Shown in pieces: positions 25,152-37,311 of a stretch of 64,000 bases of DNA; position 1 is the first letter of the stretch, and each line of letters begins with the position of its first letter. The position numbers were made by a program, and so were the translations under genes. The notes under the pieces were generated by a model. That model was not told where the DNA came from. It was given only the letters and a program-made list of their open reading frames with translations, and searched no databases. This stretch comes from Eledone cirrhosa (taxonomy: Eukaryota): contig OZ024740.1 of NCBI GenBank assembly GCA_964016885.1, forward strand, positions 127,782,001 through 127,846,000, read 5' to 3'.

Positions 25152-25800
25152 TAGAACAGGGAAGTAAGGCTCTATACAAAACAGTGGATTTAGAGAAAAG
25201 TTGAAGTTGAAATAGTACGGAAAATATATTTTTTAGTGTCTATTTTTTATCTTTTTGCCTTTCTTTGATTCGTCAAAGTGACATTACTGAACAAGTGAGT
25301 GGGATAATTCTTTTAAAAAAGAGTTTTATAATGTATATAAATATTGCCGGTTTCAATGTATTATTAAAATTCATCTTATAAAATGTTGAGTATTACAATT
25401 AAAAAGAATTAATAAGAATTAAAAACTAAAAATTAAAGATATAAAATTAAATGCTGAGAAGGAGACTGAAGAATGAGTTCTTGTGTATAGAGAGAGAGGT
25501 GTGTAGTAGTAGGTGTGCAGCAGCATTGGTGGTTGTCACACAATACAATTGTTTTGGCGGAGCAAAGGAAATATTCTGTAAATATGTGTGTATATCTGAT
25601 TGCGTTAATTGACTGGCCAAGAGACAAATTCTAAGGAAACAGTAGGGTTGTAAAATAAATTCTATTATTGAAATACAGTTTTAAGGAGTGTGTGTGTGTA
25701 TTGTGAGGGTGTATATATAAAAATACAAGCATATGTGTGTGTTGTGGGTCGGGGGTTGTATGTGTGTGTGTTTCCTTTTCAGCCTGTCTGTCACAGCTCC

Positions 25801-25843
<43 letters not shown>

Positions 25844-25910
25844 GAAAATTTGAACAGTACAACGAATGTTTATTAATTTCACGCTCTTGAGAGTGGGGTG
25901 GTCGTGGGGA

Positions 25911-25942
25911 ACGACGTTTTTGGCATAAGCCCTTCTTCAGGT
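25911..25942 (-). ncRNA. Decayed minimal hammerhead in the Neptune 3' pLTR
   Basis: AC-CUGAAGA-AG-GGC UUAU GCC-AAAAA-CG-UC-GU. G12 is mutated (GCCCGAAACGUC expected). Confidence 0.6.
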
Positions 25943-27343
25943 GAAAAGTGTGTGGGAAGAGAGTTCAAAGGGTGTGTAGGGGAGTGGTGGAGAGACATAT
26001 AGCGAAAAGAGGGTGGGAGGAAACGGTGCGAATGAAATTAAAAATAAAAGCATGATCAAAATAAAATTAAAATGGGGTAAAACAGGTGGTGGAAGGGTGT
26101 GGGGCGTGTAGGATGGTGGCCGTGGAGTGGGGAGACGGAGACGGGGTGTCTGAGCGGGGAGGGCTGAAGGTGGTGTGTGTGTGTGTGTGTATGTGAAAGC
26201 AAGGGTTGGGGGAAGAACGGGGTTGCATGTTCAGGAAGAGGTGTGTGTGGGGTGGGGTGTAGATCGGAGTGTGTGTGCGTGTGTGGATAGAGGGGTGGGG
26301 GAAGAGGAATCCGGAGGCTGAATGTGTAAATATGTGGTGGAACGCACGTGTGTAGGGTTTAAGCGTGTTGTGGGTGTAGGTGGCGTGTGGGAAAAAAAAT
26401 TTGTTTGGGTGTGTGTGTGGGTGAGTCAAAAAGGTGATTCAGTAAGAAGATGTTGTGGAATGGTTGGTAAAATCCTAGGATGGTAGTTGAATCCGCGGTC
26501 AAGTTCCAGATACGAGTAATCCGTGAAGAGATGGTCGGAAGAGGGGAGATGTGGGGTGCGCGCGCAACAGGAAGTGGTCAAGGCAGTAGGAGTGCTGTGT
26601 GTCTGTGTGTGCTGGGAGGTGGTCAGAGGGCATAGCAGCAGTAGGGTGGAATGGTAAAGGGGCGAGGATGGGTCGGTGTGAAAGTGGAGTGAGGAGGGTG
26701 TGTGTGTATTAGTAGAGGTGTTAGTGGGATGAGTGACTGTTTGAGAAAGGGTGTGGGTGGAGCTGGGAGAGAAGGGTGTGGGGGTCGATGGAGGGAGTGT
26801 GGTGTACTGTGTGTGTGTAGTTTGATGAAGGGGGTGTTAGTGGGTGTTAGTATACGGGAGGTGGAGAAAGGGTTGAATGCGGGTGTGAGTGGGGGTTAGT
26901 GGTGGTAGGGTGTGTAGAGTTGGTGGTGTAAGAGGGTGTGTGTGCGCGTGTGCGTGGGGTTGGTGGGTGTTAGTGATGTTAGTTACGTGTAGGGTGGGTG
27001 GTGTAAGTGGGTGCGTGTGTTCGTGTGCTTGGGGTCAGGGGGTGTTAGTGATGTTAGTTGTGGGGTTGTGGGGTGGATGTGTGGGGGTGAGGGTTAATGG
27101 TGGTAGTAGGTGTGTGTTTAGTGTGAGCGCGTGTATATATGTGCCGGTGGGTGTGTGCGTGTGATCAGGAGGGGGGAGGAGAAGAAGGGAGGGATGTTAG
27201 TATGTTAGTTGGGGAAGGGTGGTCGGATGAGGGGTGGAGTGGAGTGTAGGTGTTAGTATTGTTAGATGTGGGGTGGACGGTGAAAAGGAGGGGTGTGTTA
27301 GTGGTGTTAGTGGGGGATATGTGTGTGGGGGGGGGGATTGAAG

Positions 27344-29084
27344 CTAATGGAATAAGGGTGGGGAGTTCAGGCCGGGGGGAGTGTGGGTCTGTAAGATGAA
27401 GATGGTTCTTTGTTCAACTCTGAGGAGATTGGCGGGTGTTCCGTGGCATTGGAGTAGGCCACAGACTGTGAGATGGCGTGCGGAATGTCCAGGGGCACCA
27501 AAGTGGTGGGCGATGGAGGAACTACCACCGAGACGAATATCCCGGAGGTGCTCAGTTAATCTGTCCGCCAGGCGACGTCCCGTCTGTCCGACGTAAGTTG
27601 GCTAGGTTGGATGAGGTGCAGCGGAAGGCATGCCGAACAGAGAGAGAGTGGTCGTTGGGACCCTGGAAGGTGGTGGTGTTGGTGATGTGGGGGACAGGTG
27701 TTGCAGCGGGGCCTAGAACAGGGAAAGGAACCGGGGGGGTAGGGAGCTGTGGACGAGGAGGGTGCGGAGATTGCGTGCGCGTTTGAAGGAGGGGAGTGGT
27801 GGGGTTGGGAAGATGTGGGAGGTGGAGGGGTCGGACTGGAGGCGTCGGAAGAGGCGGCGGATGGTGCGGTGGAGGGGTAAGGTGGAGGGGTGGTAGGTGA
27901 TGGGGAAGGGGAGACGGTGGGTGGGTGTGCGGTGGAGTGGGGTGAGGGTGGTGGAGCGGTGGACAGCACGGGCGCGAGTGAGAGCGGTGTGGACGAGAGA
28001 GGGGGGTAACCTCTGCGGATGAAATGGCTGACTTGGGAAAGGGCCTGGGACTCGAAGTCAGCATCTCGGCTACAGAGGTGGCGGATCCTGAGGAGTTGGG
28101 AGTAGGGAATAGAGTGTTTAGTGTGTGTTGGGTGGGAAGAGGTGAAGTCGAGGTAAGAGTGGGAATCGGTGGGTTTGAAGAAGGCGGAGGTGACGAGGGA
28201 GTGGTGGGAGGTGTCGAAGGCGACGGAGATGTCTAAGAAGTGGACGTGGGTGGTGGAGATAGAGGTGGTGAAGTGGAGGGAGGGGTGGAAGGAGCAGAAG
28301 AAGGAGAGAAAGGAGTCGAGCTGTACTCGGGTGAGGGTCGTGGCTCCGATACAGTCATCGATGTAGCGACCGTACAGTTCGGGCGTGGGGCCGGTGTACT
28401 GGGCAAAGATTTGGGCCTCAACATGGCCAACAAAAAGGTTGGCATAGTTCGGGCCCATTCTTGTACCCATGGCTACCCCCGTGACCTGTTGATAAAACTC
28501 ACCCGAGAAGGAGAAACAATTGAGGGTGAGGACCAGCTCAGCGAGGCGAAGGAGGGTGGGGGTGGATGGAATGGGGGAGGGGCGAAGGTCGAGGTAGTGT
28601 TTGAGGGCGCGTAGGCCGTCGGCGTGGGGGATGACGGTATAGAGGGACTTGATGTCTAGGGTGAAGAGGAAGGGCTGTGGGCCGGGTGGGTAGGTGAAGG
28701 AGTCGAAAAGGCGCAGGGCGTGGTTGGTGTCGGAGATGTGGGAGGGGAGGGTGGTGAGAAGGGGGTCGAGGATGGAGTCGAGAAAGGCGGAGATGAGTTC
28801 GGTGGGGCAGTTGCAAGCGAAGACGATGGGGCGGCCGGGGTTGTCGGGTTTGTGGAGTTTGGGGAGGAAGTATATGGTGGGGGTGCGGGGGGTGCGGACG
28901 ATGAGGTGGGAAGCGGTGGGGGGGGAGGAGACAAGGTGTTGGATGGTGGAGGAAACTTGTTGTTGGTAGAGGGGTGTGGGATCGGAGGGTAGAGGGCGGT
29001 AGAAGAGGGGGTTACGGAGCTGCCTGAGGGCTTCGGCCGTGTAGAGGTCCGCGCGCCATACCACCACGGCGCCTCCCTTGTCCG
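27344..29084 (-). pseudogene. PLE reverse transcriptase / GIY-YIG endonuclease (frameshifted)
   Basis: SDKGGAVVVW, LPKLHK..PGRPIV, LDIKSLYT, GVAMGTRMGPNYANLF, RYIDD, FLD, KPTD, IPYSQ, CSRPRCNTC and, after a frameshift, YVGQTGRRLADRLTEH..PGLN. Confidence 0.92.
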
Positions 29085-29157
29085 ATATATATATATATAT
29101 ATATATTTGAAAGAGAGAGAGAGAGAGAGAATGGGGGTGAGTACTTGGGCTGCCCCT

Positions 29158-30050
29158 TCGACATAGTTGTATACATACATGTATGTAAGATTTGTATATC
29201 AAATTATATATGATGTATTTACGAATATTCACTTGAATAACTTTAGCTTGAATCTTAAAGGAGGAGGGCATTGTCACCCACAGAGTTCTTGCAGAAGTAT
29301 GAAGTTGATAGTTGTTTCTGGCTGTGTGGCCGCTGTCAAGTTTATGCACTATTTTCTTTGTCTCTTACTGGAATTCAAATAAGCCGCACACATAGTTTTA
29401 ACGCTGATGTGTACGTGCGGATTAACCTCATTTACATACTGAGCATTAGGCTGGCTTGGCTTTAACAAGAAATATAATGATGATGATCTCACGAACATAG
29501 CTGTATATATTCATGTGTGTTATTCGTATATCGAACAATATATATTTTTACGACTGAAAATGTGAAAACTTTTAGCTATGAATTTTAAAGATGGTGACCA
29601 TCACCACCCACATACTTCGATCATAAGCATTGGGAAGGTTAGGAAAGCAACCGACAGTTGTTTTTGACCGTGGGCGTTGTCAAGTTTGTATCCAGTTTCC
29701 TTGCTTCACACTAGAAATTAAATAAACCGCAAAAATAAACGCATTAGACTCATTTGCATACGGAGAATTACGCTAGTTCAGTCTGCACAAGAAATAAAAA
29801 ATTAGGGTGTTCGCTCGAACATAGCTGTATACATTCATGTGTGTAAGCTTTGTATACGATATGTTTACGAATAAACATTTGAAAGCCTTCGGCTATGAGT
29901 TTTAAGGGTTGTGGCCGTCGCAACCCACTTAGTTCCAGGAAATGCAGGGGGAGCAACCGACAGATGATTATGTCTCTGGAGCTGTCGTAAAATTTACGCT
30001 CCCATTTCATACAGCTATGTTGGTGCAAACAGCTAATTCTATGTTTGTTC
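29158..30050. repeat. Three diverged tandem units of about 330 bp
   Basis: CG(A)ACATAGYTGTATA..CATGT starts recur at about 29158, 29492 and 29816 with colinear downstream similarity. Confidence 0.7.
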
Positions 30051-31087
30051 AGGCCGAATCAGCCTAATGTTCTGTATGAAATTGAGGCTAATCAGCTCAT
30101 ATAAACAAGGATTAAACCTATATGTTTGGGCTTATTTCTCTTCCAGTATGAGGTAAGGAAAGGTGCGCTAAACCTTAACAAAAGTGCAGAGAGAAACAGC
30201 TGTCGGTTGCTTTCCTTTTCCCCTGGCTTCTGCTGGAAATATGCGCCTATGTGTATTTTAATGCGTAAAATTATTATATTTGTGCAATGTATTTCTGACA
30301 GCATTCATATTAAATGACCTATGTGGTCATACCAATTTTTCGCCTACATTTAAAACAATTTCCAGCTTAAATGAAGCAATTTGTATTTTTTATTCTATTT
30401 CCTTGTTTATCTCCAGTATAATTTCATTAGATTTTAAATTTTCGCATTAACAAAGGTATTCTTGCACCTCAAATTCCTTTGTGCTACCATCATTTTCTGT
30501 CATACATATTATTTCATGTCACTCACTTTCTTCTTCAAGCAAATTGTATTATTTTCTTTAATAGCCAAGAATTCATATTTATTCTATTTCTACGCCAAGC
30601 GTCTATAATACCGTCAAAGTTCTGTTTTATCTCAGGCGATATATAGCTGCAAAATATAGAAAGGATTCGAAGCAGAGACGAATAACGTTTATATATAAAA
30701 TTATACTCAAGAATAAATATATATCTACATAAATATATATATGTATGTGTGTGTGTGTAAGTATCTGTATGTGTGCGTGCTTGTGTGTGCACGCGTATGT
30801 GTGCGTGTATGGGTGCGTTTGTGTGCTTTCAAAATAGAGAAGGAAAAAGATATTGATCAGCGTCAAAAAGGGGGAAGAATTGCAAGGATACAGAATTACA
30901 ATGACTATGATATAGATAAATAACATACGTATGAATACATTTTGCTGTATGTCTGACTGATTTGTGAGCCAACAGCGAAATAAGGATCAATAAAACATAT
31001 TAATAGAAAAAATAAAATAATATATACATTATTATATATATTATTGGTTCGATGGACACTGTGAAGAATATCGTCGCATTTATATAC

Positions 31088-31225
<138 letters not shown>

Positions 31226-31378
31226 TTGTGTGTGTGTGTGTATATGTAATATAAAATAGAGATGGATGTGAAAGTAGAAAAAGAAAAAAAAAACACATCG
31301 TTAGAGCTAGTGTGAGAGCTGATATATTATATTATTGTTTTATCTTCGCATATTAATTAAATGGCTGATCCATGCATT

Positions 31379-31417
<39 letters not shown>

Positions 31418-31472
31418 GTTAGAAACTTACAATTAAATAGCTCTAAGAAAAAAAGCCTTTCCGAGCCGTGTA

Positions 31473-31763
31473 ATATAAATGAATAAACAAGAGAGATGAA
31501 CACTAATATAAACATACATATGTTCGAATTTGTAAGGACTAGTTTTGCTAGGGTGAAAAAATACTACTACAACTGTCTAGTTGTTACCAGGCATTTTGCC
31601 CAATATAAGTCTGTTATTTTTCTTAATTTACTACTTAAAATTAAGTCTAACAAACCATATTGCTGTAGTTAGTATTTTTTCACCCGAGAAAAACTAGTCC
31701 TTACAAATTCGAACACATGTATGTTTATATTAGTGTTCATCTCTCATGTTTATTCATTTATAT
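31473..31763. repeat. Inverted repeat with about 98-bp arms
   Basis: 31473-31570 is the near reverse complement of 31664-31763. Confidence 0.85.
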
Positions 31764-31819
31764 ATATCTAAGGCGGGTAAGATTCCCGAGATCCATGGAC
31801 GAGTTCTCTCCAGCGGTCT

Positions 31820-31925
31820 CTGTCCCTCATTATCGCTGGACACACTAGAAGAGGAAGACCAAGGTTAACGTATGTTGATGCCCTAAGGACAGACACTGGT
31901 CTGTTGGAGACGCAGGACATGGCAG

Positions 31926-31927
<2 letters not shown>
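31820..31927 (+). mobile_element. RTE/RTE-X-like LINE C-terminal fragment
   Basis: Translates GHTRRGRPRLTYVDALRTDTGL, typical of RTE-type ORF ends. Confidence 0.5.
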
Positions 31928-31970
<43 letters not shown>

Positions 31971-31975
<5 letters not shown>

Positions 31976-32300
31976 TACACAATTATCAAATTTATTTTCA
32001 AATCATTTTATTGCTGACAATCGTTTCTTCCAAACTTTCGTTTGGAGACATCGGAGCATTAGCAATATTTGTACACATAATTAACCTCCTATTCAACTGA
32101 TCAATCATATAGATACATATATATTCATGTTGTGAACAACAATTTCGTATATATGTATCTATATGATTGTTCAGTTGAATAGGAGGTTAATTATATGTAC
32201 AAACGTTGCTAATGCACCGATACTCCAAAGGAAAGTTTGGAAGAAACGAATGTCAACAATACAATGATTTGAACATAACTTTGATAATTGTGTAATTTAT
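31971..32300. repeat. Inverted pLTR pair (about 153-bp arms), each arm with a decayed hammerhead
   Basis: 31971-32123 versus 32148-32300. HHR on minus 32012-32058 (UGCU-CCGAUGU-CUCCAAAC GAAA GUUUGGAA-GAAAC GAUU GUC-AGCA) and on plus 32213-32258. Confidence 0.85.
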
Positions 32301-32452
32301 ATTCCTGCTCTGTAAAAGACCTGATGTTCTTACATTGAGCTGTTTCTCTTACTGGTAATAAGGTAGTATTAAATTACTGACCTTTCCTGTTTATAGTTGT
32401 TTATAGTATATACATAACTATAAATAATTTCATTATCATTATTATATATATA

Positions 32453-32544
<92 letters not shown>

Positions 32545-32548
32545 GAAC

Positions 32549-32610
<62 letters not shown>

Positions 32611-32624
32611 GTAATAATAAATTT

Positions 32625-33680
32625 GAAGACTAAAATCCAAAGAGGGCTCGATAATGATAAATATATATCAATTATATAAGAACCGTAGAGCAAATATTTA
32701 TTAAAATAACAGATTAAAGTTTAGGCAATGAATCGCTGCTTTCACCCTTAACGGGATCTTCTGAAACTAAAAAAACTCAATCTGCGAACGCAGAATTAAA
32801 TATTCCGAAAAACGGTGCAACAAAGGACGAAACTTTGGTTCCTGGTGACGTTCCCTGGGTGATGAACGGAAAAAACGAAGATAATACGTCATTATTTGGA
32901 GCGGTGAAAATAATCACACGCAAAGACAAAACAACGTTTATAGTATAAATGAAGTCGTGGGCTAATATTCTATTTAGGTGGTTCGTGGAGACGTTCACTG
33001 GCAATGAACGAAAAAATAAGCGAATACTGTACGTCATTATGTGGAGCGTGAGAACAATTACACGCAAAGACAAAACCACGTTTATGGTATAACTGAAGAC
33101 GTAGACTAAAATTCTATTTAGGAAACTGAATGATACTTGGCTTCAGAGCTAAGAATAATGTAAATAAATTAGAGAGGTTATTGAAATCAATAATAATTAA
33201 ATGTATACATGCGCGCATCCATATACGTACATAAACATGCATACGTGAAAACACCCGCCATTGGTATGCTTATGCAAGCATGTACACAAAATCACGCGCA
33301 CACATACAAAATCGCGCGCAACACCTGTACTATATAATATAATATATACACCTATAACGAATACAAGCAAATATACGTACGAGAAAGTATACGTACCTTC
33401 ACAAAACATACAGGTAATATATACTTACCTATACAAATAAGTAATGGTATAAACATAAAATATTAAGACGTAAATTATCCGCGTATTGTTCGTACTATCC
33501 GTTAGGGTATAATGTGGGGCTGTAATACAGGTAAGATTTATGCAATTTATGTTTACAAGCCGAAATTGCCTTAGATTTTTTGTTTAAAATGTGGTCATTG
33601 GCGTAGAGTATTTCCAGTGCTTCAGGGGCGCAGAAATAACATGTTCTTTTATTTCCGTTATACGATCTAGCCTTAGCTAA
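32625..33680 (-). mobile_element. PLE 3' fragment (GIY-YIG C-terminus, 3' UTR, pLTR)
   Basis: LAKARSYNGNKRTCYFCAPEALEIL..LNKKSKAISACKHK (33495-33680). Decayed HHR at 32718-32768 (AGUUU-CAGAAGA-U-CCC..GGG-U-GAAA..AAACU) with AATAAA downstream. Flanked by (TA)n. Confidence 0.75.
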
Positions 33681-33683
33681 TAA

Positions 33684-33739
<56 letters not shown>

Positions 33740-34152
33740 TATATAAATTGGAAGTGGTCGGACGTTGTATATGTAGGTGTAGTCGGATAAACGTCGAAAT
33801 GGCTTCGTGGAATGCAATGGAAATTTACAGATATGCAGAATGACCCGAGGAGGCGTTGGGTCGACTTTCAAGCTACAAGCGTCCATGGTTACGGAGAAAC
33901 TCGATGAAACAGGAATTTCCCATTCAAATTGAACTGAGAGTAATCTGTGAACGCAGAAGTAAATATTTCGAGAAACGTTGCAACCGAAGGAAATCAGGAA
34001 GACGATATTTTGTTTCAGGAACACGCTCCCTGGCAATGAACGGGAAAAGGCGAGGATAATACGTCGTTATGTGGATCGGGAAGAACAATTTTATGCAAAG
34101 ACAAGACGAAGTTTATGGTATAAATGGAGTTGTTAGACTAATATTCTATTTA
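32843..34152. repeat. Three copies of a unit of about 140 bp
   Basis: ACGTCATTAT..GGAGC..CAAAGACAA..GTTTATGGTATAA..ATTCTATTTA at about 32843-32978, 32987-33122 and 34017-34152. Confidence 0.75.
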
Positions 34153-34349
34153 AAATAACAGAATGATTTCCAGCCCCGGAGTTTAAGAATGATGTAAATA
34201 AAATTGAAAACGAAAATGACAGATGTTATTAAAATAGTAAAAGTAAATAGTAAAGATTTAGACCAGTACATACGTGTGCCCCGACGGACATACACATATA
34301 TACCCCCCCACACGCACACACACGCACACACACACGCACGCACGCGCAC

Positions 34350-34787
34350 GCGTATGTGTAAAACCTATGCCTTTCTACAGTATTTTCACCAAACTTAAGA
34401 CATAGGTTACTTATGTACTCCTGATGTTCATGGGTACTTTCATTTTTCCAGATATTGATTATAGGGCCTCCCGGCAGATAACCCCCTTTAACCACCTCCT
34501 TGGAGGCGACTGAAGCACTGCAGTGCAAGGCAACAAAACGTCATAACTTCTGGAGTTCGCAACCGATTTTCACAAAACTTGACACATGGGCTACGTTTGT
34601 CCTACAGATGAATGTGAACTCTCAGGATTGGCACATATTGAGTAGAGGAGCCCTCGGGGCAGGAACCCCCTTTTTGAAAAAGCCGATAATTTTATAAAAG
34701 TATAGTTTTCGAAGCAGCACTGAAGTATTGACATAAATGGTATACATAACTGCTATTTAATACCCGAGCAACGCCGATACCTCTGCT

Positions 34788-34790
<3 letters not shown>
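34350..34790 (+). mobile_element. Possible non-autonomous Helitron-like relic
   Basis: Repeated ATTTTCAC(C/A)AAACTT motif and a 3' end TACCCGAGCAACGCCG..GCTTGT resembling a decayed hairpin + CTAGT terminus. Confidence 0.4.
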
Positions 34791-34843
<53 letters not shown>

Positions 34844-35369
34844 TGGATGATGTTGCGCGCGCACATTTCACCTGTGTAGCTCAAAATTACGCCGAAAATT
34901 ATCGGTATAGTATTCACCAAGAATCGAAATAATAGTTACTGGTGTTGATTTGATTGAGTAAATACCTTTAACTCGGTACCAAAAATGAACACTAGCCTAA
35001 TAAGAAAAACCAATAAAATAATTGAAATATATATGTAATTGTTAATTTTCTCCCTTAAATTAGAGGGAAATACATTATTAAGGAAGACAGTATTTACGAT
35101 AGTGTGCATGTACATTTACTTAGTGAAGTTTCTCGGGAGGATAACTTGTTCCTTACTTCGCCATAACTCATGTGTCCGCTAGGTTTTCACTCCTCATGGC
35201 TATCCGGTGTGCCTGTTTTCTTTGCCTTAGTATTTGGTTCCAAATATTTTTCATTGGGTTTCTTTTTTTGAAAGCTTCTTTTTCCAGATTCAGTTCATTC
35301 CATCCTTTGAACGCATATTGAACGATGGAATTCTGATCGTGTTTAACTATATCCGAGGATGAGATTTGT

Positions 35370-35464
<95 letters not shown>

Positions 35465-35733
35465 AACAGGAAATGTTGACTCAATTTAATTTACTCCTGG
35501 AGTAAACAGAACCAACTGCGCACTTCGTTGAGAACTCTACCCTGCATAATGAAGTTTCGGCAACAAACCAACACATACTAAAATATATATAAATATATAT
35601 ATGTAAAGTTATATTTAAAATTGTTGGGTTACAACTAGTAAATATTTATAACTGATATAAAAGCACTCGACAAATATTTGGAGTATATTTACAATATTAA
35701 ATAAATGGAAAACTATATTTATAAAACCATATT

Positions 35734-35799
35734 TATTTCATTATATATATTTCGGGGATATCATATTAACAATATGCTATGCTTTCATCAGACAAAATA
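35734..35799 (-). ncRNA. Type-I hammerhead ribozyme (left arm)
   Basis: UAUUUUGU-CUGAUGA-..CAUAUU GUU AAUAUG..-GAAA-UAUAUA-UA-AUGAAAUA. One G>A change at the base of stem II. Confidence 0.75.
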
Positions 35800-35974
35800 C
35801 AATATAAACAGTTTTATAGATAAATATATTCGACATACCGTAATAAACATCAACTTCATTTGAAGAGGTTTACTCTAGCAGTTTAAGTAAGAGCAGTAGA
35901 GTAAACCTCTTCAAATGAAGTTGATGTTTATTACGGTATGTCGAATATATTTATCTATAAAACTGTTTATATTG

Positions 35975-36040
35975 TATTTTGTCTGATGAAGGCATAGCAT
36001 ATTGTTAATATGATATCCCCGAAATATATATAATGAAATA
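35975..36040 (+). ncRNA. Type-I hammerhead ribozyme (right arm)
   Basis: 8-bp stem I UAUUUUGU/AUGAAAUA, CUGAUGA at 35983, stem II GG-C-AUA-G-CAUAUU/AAUAUG-A-UAU-C-CC, GAAA at 36021, (AU)n palindromic stem III, predicted cut after 36032. Confidence 0.82.
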
Positions 36041-36098
36041 AATATGGTTTTATAAATATAGTTTTCCATTTATTTAATATTATAAATATATATATATG

Positions 36099-36155
<57 letters not shown>

Positions 36156-36200
36156 GAGTGTGTGTATGTGGGTGAACGTATGTGTATAAGTACGTAGTAC

Positions 36201-36298
<98 letters not shown>

Positions 36299-37014
36299 GT
36301 ATGTATGTGTGTGTATGCATATGTGTATATGTATAGTCGCGTACGTACGTGTGCTTAGATATACGTGTGCCGATATATGTATATATATATGTGTGCTTCG
36401 TGTGTATGTATGTACGTATGCATGCGTTTTTGCCTGTACGTATTCATATATATATATATATTTATATATATGTGTGCGTACGTGCGAACCTATGTTTGTT
36501 TTCTTTTTCTCTAGTGTTAATTTATAATTGATAACCCCTCCCACTTACTTTCTCTTTGATTTAAACACAATTTTTTCTTTCTCATATATTGTTTCATTTT
36601 TATATGTATCGAATATGAGACTCTTTTTGACTATACACTCCCTTCCCTTTTTATCTTCCGCATATAAATGATCGCGCGTGTGTGTTTATACGCGTGCTTT
36701 CGTACTTGTATGTGTATATATTTAATACCTATATCTGGAAGTACATTATTTTTAAACTTATATTATATACGTATTGGTCACACATACACTATTATGTTTG
36801 CCTTCATATACGCACACACACATTTTCACTATACATATGCATTTGTACATAGACACATATGTACATTTCTGAGTGAATATATACACATTTATACACATAC
36901 CCTAACTATATTTCCTTATTTTTTAATATATCTCTTGCTTTGTTTTTCTTTTTTTTTTTGCCCGTTAAACTCTTGCCTTTCTTGAGGAGATTTTTCAAAT
37001 ATTTCACTTTTTTA

Positions 37015-37092
37015 AATTGCCTTGTCCGATGAACGAATGAGGACGTTTTTCGTATTCGTCTTATTCGGGAAACCTCTGGTAATGAGGTAATT
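37015..37092 (+). ncRNA. Type-I hammerhead ribozyme, C4 variant (CCGAUGA)
   Basis: 11-bp stem I AAUUGCCUUGU/AUGAGGUAAUU, 11-bp stem II CGAAUGAGGACG/CGUCUUAUUCG, GAAA, stem III ACC-UCU-GGU, GUA site at 37079-37081. Confidence 0.82.
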
Positions 37093-37199
37093 ATATTGTA
37101 TTGTTTATTATACAGTAAATTTAGCTCTGGTACTTACATAGAGCACTCTTCACTTCTATTACTTTTTCAATTTTCAACGGAAACTTCAATACTTATATG

Positions 37200-37238
<39 letters not shown>

Positions 37239-37311
37239 TATATACATATATATGGGTGTGTGTGTGTGTCTATGTCTGTGTCTATTAATGATGATGTTGA
37301 TTATTGCTATT

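Larger units (their letters stand above)
25841..29084 (-). mobile_element. 5'-truncated Penelope-like element, Neptune-type, between (TA)n tracts
   Basis: RT + Cys linker + GIY-YIG pseudogene, a long CA-rich 3' region, a decayed HHR and AATAAA near the 3' end. (TA)n at 25804-25840 and 29085-29106. Confidence 0.9.
35684..36090. repeat. Near-perfect palindrome (about 194-bp arms, 19-nt spacer) of a pLTR
   Basis: 35684-35877 is the reverse complement of 35897-36090 with only a couple of mismatches seen. Confidence 0.95.

Noticed and set aside
27556-29349. 597-aa ORF taken as one intact protein
   Set aside because: Its N-terminus reads through flanking DNA and microsatellite, and its C-terminus is out of frame. 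The real coding region is a truncated, frameshifted PLE.
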